Of a stretch of 64,000 bases of DNA, positions 27,391-40,084 are shown in pieces (the stretch's first letter is position 1; each line of letters opens with the position of its first letter). The stretch is from Lama guanicoe (taxonomy: Eukaryota), in assembly GCA_013239625.1 (NCBI GenBank), contig MU053652.1, positions 8,467,499 to 8,531,498 on the forward strand, in the 5' to 3' direction. The notes beneath the pieces were generated by a model. That model was given only the letters and a program-made list of their open reading frames with translations, had not been told where the DNA came from and did no database searches. The position numbers and the translations under genes were made by a program.

Positions 27391-28509
27391 TAGAGGAGAT
27401 GGGTGACCGTGGAGTACCAGAAAGACAAAAAGAAGTAATCATAGTTTCAGGCTGTTTTCTAAAGCTTACCAGTCCTGACTGTACTTGCTATTCCAGGATT
27501 CCAAGAGAAACTTACATCCTACGATAAACTCTCTTTTCTTCTTTATTTAGTTTAAGTAAGTTTCTGTCATTGGCCATGAAAAAGTATAGATTAAGAAATG
27601 GCCTATCACTTAAGGAAATAGAAATCACACCAGCTATTATAACAAGAGGATGTAGTAGAAAGATTTGACTTAACAGATAACCAGAGAGCTGAAAATACAG
27701 AAGAGGAACACCAAAGTGTTATGGGGTAGCAACTGCCTGGCTGGTGCTCGTGATTCATTGTCCCAGAGGAGAAGCATCAGGGAGACGGGACTCAGATATG
27801 TGAGGAAAGGATACCAGCCAACTGGTGCTGGTCCCTTTGAGAAGGCAAAATGAGACAGGCTGTTTTAAGTTTGGGAAAAAGAAGTAGAAACTGGGACCAA
27901 CTGCTATTGTTATCTACTGCCCAGGGTGAAAAATCATTGCTCGGGTGATGTTGACAGTCATAGGAAGCAAATCAGGAAAGAAAGAACATGTCCCTTTACC
28001 CTTCTCCAGGCCTCCAGTCTTCCTTAAAAATTCTCCGTTGTCAAAGTCTAACAGGCAGACAACTGGCAAAACAGAAATATGGTTTGCAGAGTCACAGCTC
28101 TAGTAAGACAAGGTGAATATATAAGAGTCGGTTTGAAACAGAAAGAAAATATCTTAATTACAAGTAAATATGGTAAAAGTAAATTTTTTGTTACTTCTTA
28201 ATTTTATGTTTATGCCAAATTCACAGTATAAACAAATTTTCAACATAAATGAATAACACGGTAGAGAAACCATAGGAACTAATCAATAGATGAAAAAATT
28301 CAGGGGAAATTTGCTATTTTGGCTGCCTGTGTTCTACTAAAAGCCTTTTCATTAGCTCCTTTTAGTCCTAAATATAATTTAGTTTGTGAATTTAGAAGCA
28401 CTTTTGTATGTTTCAGTCGAACAACAATGAAAAGCTAGGTTAGTGACTTTTGTGTTCAGCATGTTGAATTTTGATTGTACCAAAATGAATGTAAGAAAGA
28501 GCAGAAAGT

Positions 28510-30285
28510 CAAAAATAAATGGAAACTATATGAGGGGACGGATACGTTCATTGGCTTGATTGTGGCCATCATTTCACAGTGTGTGCACATAGCAAAACAT
28601 CACATTGTATCTCTTAAATACATACAATCATTTGTAAAAAAAAAAAAATAGAAAAAAATACTCTTAAATCTATTGAAAAACCAAACCGATTATTTTTATA
28701 AAACAAAGAAAACCACATTCTCCAAAAGCTTCACTGATGAAAATTTCCATATATCTAGATGAGAAATAATGCCAATCTTAGATAAACTCTTTCAAACAAT
28801 AGAGGAAGAATAAATATTTCCCATTTCACTTTATACCAACATATTACAAGGAACAGAAATTACAGACCACCATCTTGTGAATGTAGATGCAAAAATCCTT
28901 TTAAAATATTGTTAAATCAAATATAGGTACATCAAATATAAATCAAATATGGGTACAAACATGAAGAAAAACAAGTTGGAAGGACTTAGACTATCATATT
29001 TCACAATTTAGTACCAGCCCACAATAACTAAAACTGTGGCATTGATGTAAGGATAGATAAATGGAACAGTGGGACCCAATAGCAAAGGCACCACAGCAAT
29101 TCAATGGGAAGTAAACTGCCTCTCAATAAATGGTTCTGCAGTAATTGAATATCTATACGAATTTTTAAAAACCTTGACTCCTGTTTCATATACTATACAA
29201 ACATGACATTGGAGTGTATCAAGGGAAAATGTGAAAAGCAAATAAATAAAGCAAATAGGAAAAAAAAACAGGGGACAGCAGGTTTAGTATTTTGGGATAG
29301 GCAAATATTTCTTACACAGAACACAAATCGCAGTAGCAATTAGAAAATGGATACATTGAACCACATTAAGATAAAGAAATTGTGATCATTAAAAGACACC
29401 CTCATAGGATATGAAAAAGTTACAGGAAAATGATATTTGCAGTTTATATAACTGTCAAGAGCTTATATCCAGGATATTTAGGAACTCAGACAAATCCATT
29501 AAAAAAAAGACAGACAACCCAAGAGAAAATTGAGCCATAAACTGAAACAGGTATTACCAAAAAAAAGGAAATTGAAATGGCTAATAAATGTCTAAAAATG
29601 TGTTCAATTTTCCTACACTACCAATTCCATGAAAATGTCAACATTGAAAAGGAGACAAAGATGACAAGGATGTGGAGCAATTGGAACTGTCATACACCGC
29701 CGTAGACATTTACACTGATATTATCACTTCGAAAAATTGTTTTGTGATACCTGCTAATGTGGAACCTGCGCACACATTATCAATCTTCTATTTCTAGATA
29801 TTTACCCACGAGAAATACATACAAATGTTAATAAGAAGAACACATGCAAGAGAATTCATAGCAGTGCTGTTTTAATAGCCCTAAACTGGATAAATGTAAA
29901 TGTCTACTTGCAGTAAAATTGATGATTAAATTGTGGTATATTTTTTAACAGGAATGCTATAGAGCAATGACAATGACCAAACTACAATGTCATGCAACTG
30001 CACCAATATACCGTTGAAAGAAAAAAGCCATAACCAAAAGAGAACATATGCTAAGAGCCCATTCCTAGAAAATCAAAAGACAGACAAAACTAACTAATTC
30101 TGTTAAGTCAGGATATCGATTACCCTTGGAATGGAAAGAGGGGTTGGATGGGGCATGAGGATGCCTCCTGAGGTGCTGCTAATGTGCAGGTAAGTGAGTG
30201 TTTTCCTTTTGTGAAAACACATTAAGCTACACTTATGATTTCTGTACTTTTAAAATGTATGTTATAATCCAATAATATTTACATT
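28510..30285 (+). mobile_element. Fragmented old L1 (ORF2 pieces and 3' UTR)
   Basis: tagatgcaaaaatcct, aagttggaaggacttagacta, caattcaatgggaa, caaggatgtggagcaattggaact, aatagccctaaactgga, ttcatagcag. Confidence 0.75.
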
Positions 30286-30629
30286 AGCAAACCTGGATGA
30301 AAGGGTGAAGCAGCCAATTAGCGGAGATGAGGATTAATGTAATGACTGGAAGACAGACCTTAAGAAACTGATAAAATCAGAACAAAAACACAGAAGATTA
30401 AAAGATGCAGAAGGCAGAATGACAAGGACCAATATATATGCAAAGTAGTATTCCAGAGGGACAGAATAGAAAGAATCAGGGAGAACTAATATTGGAAAAG
30501 GTAACAGTTAATCATTTCCTAGAACTGATGAAAAAAATTATAATGTTCAGTCTGAAGAATCCCAAGAAATCCGAATGAGGATAAATAGAAACCAATACAT
30601 AGTATAGTGTGGTGAAACACAAAATACCA

Positions 30630-30652
30630 ACACACACACACACACACACACA
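30630..30652. repeat. (CA)n microsatellite
   Basis: Short AC run. Confidence 0.9.
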
Positions 30653-31028
30653 AAATAATTTAAAAGCAGCAACAGAAAGAAAATGTATCTAAAATAAGAA
30701 TGACAATTATCCTGGAAGCCAGAAAACCGTGGAAACATATCTGCAGTCTATACTTGTGTACCACATGCCTGCACCCTAGATGAAAGTAAATCTGGGTATG
30801 TGAATTTACGTGCTTTTTGAGATGGCTTAATTTACAATGTAGAAAATTGCCAAACTATAAGAAGAACGTTCAAAGATGTTGGATGGCCCCATCAGATGAA
30901 TATCCTCTAAATCCCATCCCTCGATTGCCCACTAACAACGTGGGATCCAAATACTAATTCTCTCATCCTAGCAGAAGAATGCTGCTTCAACCAAAGCGAA
31001 GCAAAATAATGTATGTTCATTTGCTCCC

Positions 31029-31496
31029 TGGAGGGGTTCAGAATGAGCCTTCCCCAAATGTGTCACTTTGGCATGTGGTCTATTTGGACCTAATGGTAAT
31101 CAGGACCCTGGGGGCTCAAGAGAAACTTCCCATAACTACCTAGAAGAATTTAAACTAGGGGGGGTCTTTCCTAGAATGAGAATTATTACCAGAGATAACT
31201 GTTATGTGAGTGACCTAACTGCATTTTAGGGCAAACATCAAATTACTACCCACCTGCTTTTCTTGTCCTGTGAATTGCCTCCCATTTAACACCATTTAAC
31301 ACCATTTAACACCCTTTAACACCCAGGCCCTTTCCCCACTTCTCGGCTCCAGATGTCTTATGTATCTCATTTTACTGTTCTGTCTTGAAACAAAATTAAA
31401 TTTGTTTTTCTCCTGTTAATCTGTCTTATGTCAACTGATTATTAGATGAGCCAAAAGAAACTTTTAAGGGTACTGGAAAATTCTTTCTCCCTTACA
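31029..31496 (+). mobile_element. MER34A-like ERV1 solo LTR
   Basis: Starts TGgaggggttcagaatgagccttccccaaatgtgtcactttggcatg; ends ttctttctcccttaCA; flanked by ctccc on both sides (31024-31028, 31497-31501). Confidence 0.8.
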
Positions 31497-31598
31497 CTCC
31501 CTAAAAAGGAATAATCCATAAATCTCATCAGTTATGCACCCAACTCCAATTTCTGTATCCAAGGTCATGTGTTCTCCTCAGAATTACTCACAGTGCTG

Positions 31599-31759
31599 GC
31601 TTTTGTTTTGTTTTGCTTTTAAATTTTTTTTACTTGAGATATAATTGACATATAATGTTGCATTTGTTTCGCGTGTGCAACATAATGATTTGATATTTGT
31701 ATATGGTGCATAATGATCATCACAGTAAGTCTAGCCAATATTTATCACCATACATAGTT
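31599..31759 (-). mobile_element. 5'-truncated L1 3' end with TSD
   Basis: T-rich tail, then ttgagatataattgacatataa...caacataatgatttgata...caccatacatagtta; acagtgctg at 31590-31598 and 31760-31768. Confidence 0.8.
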
Positions 31760-31899
31760 ACAGTGCTGTTTGATATCCTATAATTATTTATCAACTAAAT
31801 TATAATAATAACCATCGTCCTCTAACCCTATATAAAATGCTAGATGAAATGGGGAAAATAAAAGTTGGTTAGTACTTTAAATACCCTCTTCATTTCTGC

Positions 31900-32230
31900 A
31901 AGTGGTCACCACACCGTAGTTGGTGTATATGACTTCCTTCCACATTGTTCATTCAGTGCTGCCTTTGTCCTCAGCCATGACATCAGGTCACTAAGAGGTT
32001 TTGCCTGGCAAGGAGAACCAAACACCATTCACTGGCGAGGTGAACATTTGATGCTCCTGCCTGGATGGATTTGCTCTAGTGTTCCAACAATTCTAGTGAA
32101 CACAGCAGTACAAGAGGACACTAGGGGATCCCGAGGTTCCATCTGTACTTCTTCCAGCTCTTTTTGTTTACTTTGTACAAAATGCCCGGCAAAATGCCTA
32201 CTGCTGCTTTTTATTATCTTGAGAATAGCT
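31900..32230 (-). mobile_element. ERVL/MaLR internal (pol 3' end) remnant
   Basis: Minus strand around 32075-32150 reads, with frameshifts, YRWNLGDPL..LLVL.C..IV.GTLEQ, similar to the ERVL motif YVWN.GDPLG.LLVLPCP..VNGKLQQ. Confidence 0.6.
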
Positions 32231-33465
32231 ACCACCTGTATGGCACTGCTGCTGAGAATCGTTGAGAAACTTGAGGCCAAAAATACCTATACACACCCAA
32301 AGTTATCTTTAGGCAGTGTAAATAATATACCTTTCCCACCTATTTTTAAAATGCATAGATGCACTGCTTATGAATAAAATACAGTTTACCTAATTATTTC
32401 ACTCATTTAACATTTATTGAGGGGATTCAGTCCATCTCATCACATGAATCAAGAATAGGGGTGGACTGGATGCCCTCAGGACCAATTTGTTCTGTTACCA
32501 GAAGAAAGGTGATGGCTTTTGAGCAGGTAAAACCAGTGACTAGTCACCCTGTCTTCCGCTCGAAGCTCTGTGTGCAAATAATGAAGAAAATAATCACTGC
32601 GATATAATAAACTATCAAAAATCTTAGCTTTGGTCTTAGCAATATCACAACAAAATTATTTAATGTTTATGAACATGAGTTCCCGTATTCTAAAAATGTG
32701 GGGGAAGGGGAGGGAGTGAGAGAATTGAATAAAATAAGCTCCAAAGAATCAGGAGCTCTATCACTACCAAAATTCTATGCTTCTTGACCTTTTAAGTTTC
32801 TTGATTAGACAAAATCTCATTTTTCCTTTTTCTCTTTAAGAAATTGATATTTTTAATATATCACACTTCCTGATTACTATTCAGATATATGCCATGGGAA
32901 TAACCTTATTGTCTGGTATTAGGTTTTGAGTAAAAACAAAGATGCACTATCTGATGACAAATATATAAGGAATTTTTTCTTAATGAAAGCATGGATTCAT
33001 GTTTCAATGGGATTGTTTTTCTGAACTAACACGATTTGGATGCTTTTGTAGGAAAGAGGTGATGTGTTAAGAATAGGTTAGAGCTCATCGTGAGAACATG
33101 TTGCACTAACACTAGGTACAGAAATTATACATTAGAGTCCAGGAGAATAGTACCAAGCAAATTATAATTGTCATTCTTCAGTGATCTCTGAGAAGGATGT
33201 TATTAAGCCCCAGATAGGGAGATAATAATAGCTATCCTTTATCGAACACCTGCTATGTGACAACTATTTCGTATGTTCTCCACAACACTCTATTATAAAC
33301 CATATTACAGTGTCGTATGTAGTGACCATGGAGTAAAATATATGTATGAGGAAATGATGAGGGGATTCAGGCCCTAGAAGATTATGAACATACCTAAACT
33401 CACATATCTGGTAATTGGCAGAAATAGATTTTCGCCATTCTCAGGTCTTTTGGATCTTATGAGAA

Positions 33466-34173
33466 AGAGACAAGAGGGGAGGGGAAAGGGCACAATCATT
33501 AAAGGAATGACACAGCAATTAGCACAAAGATGGCAGAAGATTCAATTCCCAGTAGACCTCGAGACCCAAGATGGTGGGAGATTTGACTTCCAGCAGAACT
33601 TGAGCTTCATTATACACTCATTGCAATATATTAGCATGGTAAATGGCACACCCACAGGTGCCATGACAGTTCTGAGGCTAACCATAAAAGGTCAAAAAGT
33701 GGGTGGTGGCACAATTCCTGGGAATCCCTGCCCCTTCCCCAAAGTAGTTGGAATAATCTTCCCACTTTAGCATATGAAATTATTGAGCTCATAAAAACTA
33801 ATGACCCTGCACCTTATAGCCTTTATCTTGCCTTTTGAGATGGCCCATATTCTGTCTATGGAATGTGTATTTCCTAGGCCTCTTGCCCTCTGGCCTTTGG
33901 AGATGGCTCACACTCTGTCCATGGAGCGTGTATTCACTTTTACTTTAAACTAAACACCACCCTATCCATGTCTCTTTGGCCTTCTGAGACAGCCTACACT
34001 CCATCTATGGAGTGTACATCTCTCTGAATAAATCTACCTTTGCTCAACTATGGCTTGCTCTTGAATTCTTTCCTGCATGAAGCCAAGGACCCTCACTTGA
34101 TGGGGTGTGCCCCAGGGCCTCTCTTGGGACCTGGAACATGGGCATCCTCTCGCATCCCACTTTTCCTGTACCA
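33466..34173 (+). mobile_element. ERV1 solo LTR, copy 1
   Basis: Aligns with the elements at 37455 and 38823-39479. TATA-like cataaaa near 33790, AATAAA 34027-34032, U5 ending ttttcctgtacCA; flanks agaa/agac fit an imperfect 4-bp TSD. Confidence 0.88.
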
Positions 34174-37100
34174 AGACCGTTGAGTTTCCCTCTTTGAGAC
34201 CATGGGTTTTTGTAATCTCCAAACAGGGAGTGCTCTGCTCCCTATGAAACATCTCTGCCATATCTGAATCTCAGGCAAATATATACCAAATGAGGGAGAG
34301 TCTTTAAAAATGCAGAAAAGATATTGAGGAGTTGTGGCTTTTTATAAATTGTTATTTATTGTCTGGTGGAGAATATGAAATCTTGACATAAAGAAAGAGC
34401 AAACTGGCTCTTATTTCTAAATCCATAAATGCAGTTGGTAGTGGTCTTGTAGAAACTATCTTACTAGAATATCTAGCAGGAATATGACATTTGGTTACTA
34501 ATTTAGAAGCTGTTTAAAGATAGCAGTTTAATTTCTCTTTGTTTTCCATGTTATCCAGAATAAACGATTTTATTTGGAGGAAGATGCTTTTGAAGCAAGA
34601 AGCACAACGAACTTAGCAGCTGAAAGTTTCTTAGTCTTAAGACTGGTGATTGTTCCTTATTAAATCAGTGGACATTGATCAGCAGAGCTGCCTCCAAAGG
34701 TAATTTCGGAGGAATCAAGCCCTAAGGGAACTAAGGCAAAGGTTTCACGTTAATTTGAGTATGCCTCACAGCGCCAAAGGCAACATAACAGAACCCAAGC
34801 AACGGACGCGCTAATAAAGTAGCCGGATGTACACATCGGGAAAGGGAAGTTGAATAGGTCATAGTCCTGTTTCAAATTCAAGATTTTTTTTCTCTTCTAA
34901 ATTTTCACAACAAAGTGCTTATGCAAACTCAGGTGAATCTCAAGAGATTGAATGATGGCTCACAAGCCAATGGGAATGTTCCGTTTTAGATGCAGTCATT
35001 GTTTTGTTAATGTCATTGATTGCTTAATTCTGCTCGTTTCTTTTAACAGCAAAGGGAAATGGAAACCATTCCTGTAATTGCCAGTCCCCAGCTTTATACA
35101 GAAGCCAGTTGGACTGGAATAAAAGCTATGACCAGCCTTTCAGTTAATGAGGTTTCTCAATCAATCAGCAATATTTGCGGAGCGCCTGCTCCAGGGAAGC
35201 TGGTTAGATTTTCAATGTAGAGCTCCAACGATTGCCTCTCAAAAACTTGGAAGGAGGGGAAACAAGTTTGCTTTAAGAGACAAACTTTGAAATCAACGTA
35301 TTAAGCAGCAATAAGCAAATTTGCCTCAAAGAGACTGAATGGCTCCCCTGGCTAATTGTAACCTGATTGAATGAAACAGCAAGGTATTTAAAGGAAGAAT
35401 GTGTTAATGAATGGAGGAATGAGTTAGCTGGCAGGGAGCGGGCAAGGTAAAGGTAGGAAGTAAAAACCTAAGCATTTAGAGGAAGAGGAATCTGGCCCAA
35501 ACAAGTCTGATGCTAATTTAACATTGGAATATAACTCTAAGGGCAAATACAAGTATGTTCATTTTGTTATCTGGCCTCTTAATATGCAAGCACACTTACT
35601 CAGAGTAGCTTGTCTTTAGTATACTAGCTTTTTTCTGGACTATATAACCTAACACAATGGATATATTTCATCAGGCTACACTGGCTGGACATGTGTAAAT
35701 TGCTTAAGACATAAAAATCACTGAGATTTATGTTCGTTTGAAGTTTGAGATACTTGAATTTGATTCTAGATTACCCTGCTTTCCAGCTTTTCAATCATTG
35801 TTTGCTAAGGAACCTTTTAGTGTTTGAATTCTTGGTTTTGAACTCAACTCTGGACTAAATTTTATTATTCAAAAGATAAATATTCTGTTATTCATCTCAA
35901 AGTCATCCAAAAACTGAAAATATTTATGGACATAATGGCTAGAGATTACATTTTAACCTCATCCCTAGTTCCCATGTTTTATAAGAAAAAGAGTATTAGA
36001 TGAACAGTTTATTAATCTCAAAGCCTTATTCCAACTTCAGTCTCAGAGTGTATAAAACAGATAATCATTGTTTTTATACTCATCAAAGGTGAAAAACAAG
36101 AACTGTAGAAAAAAATGAGTATTTGATAATGGCCAGAATAATTAATCCATAGGGTTTCTTCAAAGTCTTTTTAATGGAAATTATACAGAAAAAAAAAAGT
36201 GAAAGAGAATAGAGAATATTTTTCAAGATACAACTTGAACAGTACTTCTGAACTTATAAGTATTACATGCACACATATATAGACATATACATACACACAC
36301 ACAATATGATTTATCCTTAATTTTCTGAATTCCCCATCAAATTTTGTACCTTTCATACGACTGAGATCAATGTCTGAAGTTTTCTACCCACAGTTTTTTC
36401 CCCTAAAATCTTACTAATATTGTTTTTCACTTGATCAAAATGTTCTATTTCATCCTATGTTACACATAATTGGTTACTAAGGAGGCTTTTTGTTTCTCTA
36501 TAAAAGTTCATAAATCTCATTTAAAACAAAACATATGCAAAAAATTAAGTAACTAATTAGTTAATTAAAGTCAAGCTCGTGCATATCCCCACCTTCACTC
36601 CCAGACAAATCCAACTGAATTTTAGTTATTCTTTGAATGTAAGGACTTTCAGTAATAACCTTAATCATCTATTTTTGTCCTACCCATTTCAATGCTTATC
36701 AAGCAAATTATACATAAGGAACATAATTCTTCTAATTAAAATATTTACATTATTATATGATAAGAAATGAGATTTCTTCAAAAAAAAGTATAATAAAACT
36801 TTGTAATTTAAATAACTAAATTATATTTAGCAGTTAAAATGTCACTTCATTTCACATTGTTTTAGAGGATGTTGAAATGCTACATTCAAACATGAAGATC
36901 ACAAGACAATTAAAACCCCATCATGGCTTTAAAAAGAAATCAAGGGAGAAATTTGGGTTTAAACTGATAAACAGCAAGATCCTGACAAATAGCAAGATTC
37001 CCTGGCACTCAGGAGAAACTGAGGTGCTGTGAAAACTAAAAGATCAAATGATTCTCTTCTATGATCTCAACATACCGGGTTCTCAGCTGCCAAATTCAAA

Positions 37101-37174
37101 TAACCGTGTCTGATTACTTCAGTTCTTTTCCATGCTGGCTGAGTCAGAAAAAGTTCACTGAAATAAACAGGAGC

Positions 37175-37985
37175 GTTCCATCTGCAAGAAGATTCATAAG
37201 AAGGCCATGAAAGCAGTTTCAACAGTTCCACATCAAGACAATGGCTATGTGAGGATTCCAGCCCATATTGTTCTCTGATGCAAAAACAAAAGGCTGTCCT
37301 GCCCCTGGGGCCTCTAGATTAGGCATTCAGAGATTTTTACTCCCTGATAGGCAGGGTCAACGCCCCTACTCAGCCCAGAAGTAGTTTCAGAATACGGATC
37401 ATCACCCCTCTGCAACCCCATAAAATTATGGGAGTAAAATCTCTGAGAGGGGAATGAGACAGGAGGGAAGTGGGCAGGGCACAGCTACTCAAAGAACTAC
37501 AGCAGTTTAACACCAGAATGGCAGAAGATTCACCTCCTAGTTGGCCTTGAGGATTAAGATGTTTGACTTCTAGTAGACCTTGAGCTTCATTATATGATCA
37601 TTGTAACAGCGTGGTAAATAACATGCCCGCAGGCACCATGACAGCCCCAAGGCTAACCGCAAAAGGCCAAAGAATGGGCGATGGTCCAATTCTTGGGAAT
37701 CCTAGACCCTTCCCCAGGGCAGTTGGAATGGTCCTACCTGTAGGCATGTGAAGCTACTGAGCCCATAAAAACTGGCAACACCACACATAACGGTCTTTCT
37801 TGCTCCCTCCTCTTTGGAGATGGCCTGCACTCTGTCTATGGAGTGTGTACCTACTTTTACTTTAGCCTGAGCACCCAATTCCCACACCTCTTTCTTTGCC
37901 TTTCTCTTGCCTTACACTCTGTGCAGTATGTATCTCTCTAAACAAATCTACCTTTACTCAAAAAGAAAGAAAGAAAGAAAGAAAG
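37175..37985 (+). mobile_element. Processed (L1-retrotransposed) ERV1 transcript: env 3' remnant, PPT, U3-R and A-rich tail
   Basis: Env-tail-like QFQQFHIKTMAM*GFQPI from 37214; PPT gagaggggaa 37445-37454; LTR starts TG at 37455 and stops at CA 37960, 14 nt after the poly(A)-signal position. Then AAAA(GAAA)n; aaacaggagc at 37165-37174 and 37986-37995. Confidence 0.85.
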
Positions 37986-38822
37986 AAACAGGAGCATTGA
38001 TGGGGTCTTCCTCGGAGCCAGGGCCTCTGGTTGGTCATGCACAGCTCCAGGGAGTGTCGCCAACATCCACAGTTGCCCTGGATGTGTGTATTTATCACCA
38101 TCGTTGTCTGTCAGATGGCTGTACTGTCCTGAGGGAGAGAAGGTTGTCTCCTAATATGAACAAAAGCACCATTCAGGCTGCAACAAGACTCATCCCTCAC
38201 TCTAAATACACTCTGAAAAGTGGTAACACAATCAGCCAGAATCTCTATCTGATTAGATTACAGCTTCAACCAAACCTGTATCCTCTGAAATTATGTGGAA
38301 ATTCAAATGGAATGTTTCCTCAAGAAAACTAGGGACTTTAATGAGGATACCCTATTCTGAAATAAAATAATAAAAATGACTAGCTTTATGGTATAAATAT
38401 AAGTAGAAAGTCTAATGAATATACTATTGGTTCCTCCCTGTTGCAGTCAATAGTTCTCATTTATTTCAGTCAAAAAATGGCTGAGAACTTGGACACTGTG
38501 ATTTGAAATGGAATACCATTAGAAAATATACTGGAAAAATGTTAATGAACTATATATTATTCAAAATATAATATAAGAAATAAAATGAAAACAAAATTAC
38601 AATTAGAAAAATAATGGCACATTTAAATACTTAATATTGCAGAGAAGGAAGTAGTTGCCTATTAAATGTTATTAAAAATAACAATAATGTAGCAAATACC
38701 ATGATCTCAAAAATAATATGTTAATATAAAGCTAAGAGAGAAGGTAAGTCCATGCATTAACTCTTATGCTCTGGTTTAGAAAATATAGGGTAAAAACACT
38801 TGTAATAAACTCCCCAAAATAG

Positions 38823-39479
38823 TGATGCAGGAAAACGGATGTGGGGCGTGAGGAGGGCCGTGTCTCAGGCTTCGGTTGAGCCCCTGGGACGTGCCCCGCT
38901 AAGTGTGGGTCCTTGGCTTTGTGCAGGAAAGAATTCAAGAGCGAGCCACAGTTGAGTGAAGGCAGATTTATTCAGAGAGATACATTGAAAGGCAAGAGAA
39001 AGGCCACGAGGTGTGGGGGTTGGGAGCTCAGATTAGAGTAAAAGTAGGTACACACTCCATAGACAGATTGCAAGCAGTCTCCGAAGTTGGGGAGAGAGAG
39101 GGCTTCGGTGGCCCCCAGGCACCAGGCACAGAGGCACACTGTGTTGCCAGTTTTTATGGGCTCAGTGCCTTCATATGCTAATAAGTGGAAGGACCAGTCT
39201 AACTAGTCTGGAAAGGGGCTGGGATTCCCAGGAAGTTGGCCATTTCCCACTCTGTGACCTTTTGTGGCTAGCCTTGGGACTGCCATGGTGCCTGTGGGCA
39301 TTTCATTCACCATGTTAATACATTACAATGAGCATATAATGAAGTTCAAGTTCTACTAGCAGTTAAATCTCCCACCATCTTGAGCCTCAAGGCCGACTGG
39401 GGGTTGAATCTTTCACCATTTTGATGTGAATTCCTGTAGCATTTCTTGAATGGCTGTGCCCTGCCCCCTTCCTGCCTCA
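38823..39479 (-). mobile_element. ERV1 solo LTR, copy 3 (inverted)
   Basis: TG...CA termini; reverse complement is homologous to copies 1 and 2; minus-strand AATAAA at 38967-38972; flanks atag/acag (4-bp TSD with one mismatch); CpGs retained in U5. Confidence 0.9.
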
Positions 39480-40084
39480 ACAGGAGAGCAAAAATTAGTA
39501 CGGAAGGCCAGTTATAGGTGCTTATAAGAGGCAGCATCACATCAATGGGAAGAGACCATGAATAACAGAAAACGAGTGGAAAGTTGTCCCGTGGTCAGGA
39601 GATCTTTAGGGAGCTCACTGCAAGAGGAGCGTAACAAAGACATCAGAATAAACTCCAGAAGCAAGAGGAAAGGAAAAAGTGGGCAGAAAGGAAAGAGAGG
39701 AGCCCTCAATGTGAGGAGGAAAGTGGGTTCTGTGAGGCAGGAAGGTAAAATCCAGAATACAAACGCTGTCTCCAAGGCCTGGTGGTTTAGGTTTCATCTT
39801 AGCTCCGCTGTTCAACTGGCTCTGTGACCTTGGGCAAGGCTGTAATCTCTCCAAGGATTAAATACGTATATGGGCGTATATTATGTTTCTTGCCATAATA
39901 ATGTGCAGCATCGCTATCTGTCTAATCATGAATATATATATATATATAAAACCTGTTTCCTATACCCCTGGCTAAATTAAGGGCTTTTAAGGAATGTGTC
40001 TAGTTTCTGCCATTCTACTTAAAGGTTAGAGACAGTTACTTTTCACCCCCTCGATCTCTTGCAAATATCTGCAATTCAGTGTTT

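Noticed and set aside
27150..27527. KERK-repeat ORF and its antisense FLSF ORF
   Set aside because: Translation of the (GAAA)n microsatellite.
31282..31321. CRISPR-like or functional repeat array
   Set aside because: Simple spacer-less 10-bp tandem inside an LTR in mammalian DNA.
31865..32377. 170-aa ORF
   Set aside because: Non-ATG start, antisense to a decayed ERVL internal remnant, no recognisable protein.
33466..37960. LTR copies 1 and 2 as the 5' and 3' LTRs of one provirus
   Set aside because: No PBS seen after copy 1, no gag/pol-like sequence between them, the LTRs differ structurally, and each has its own TSD-like flanks.
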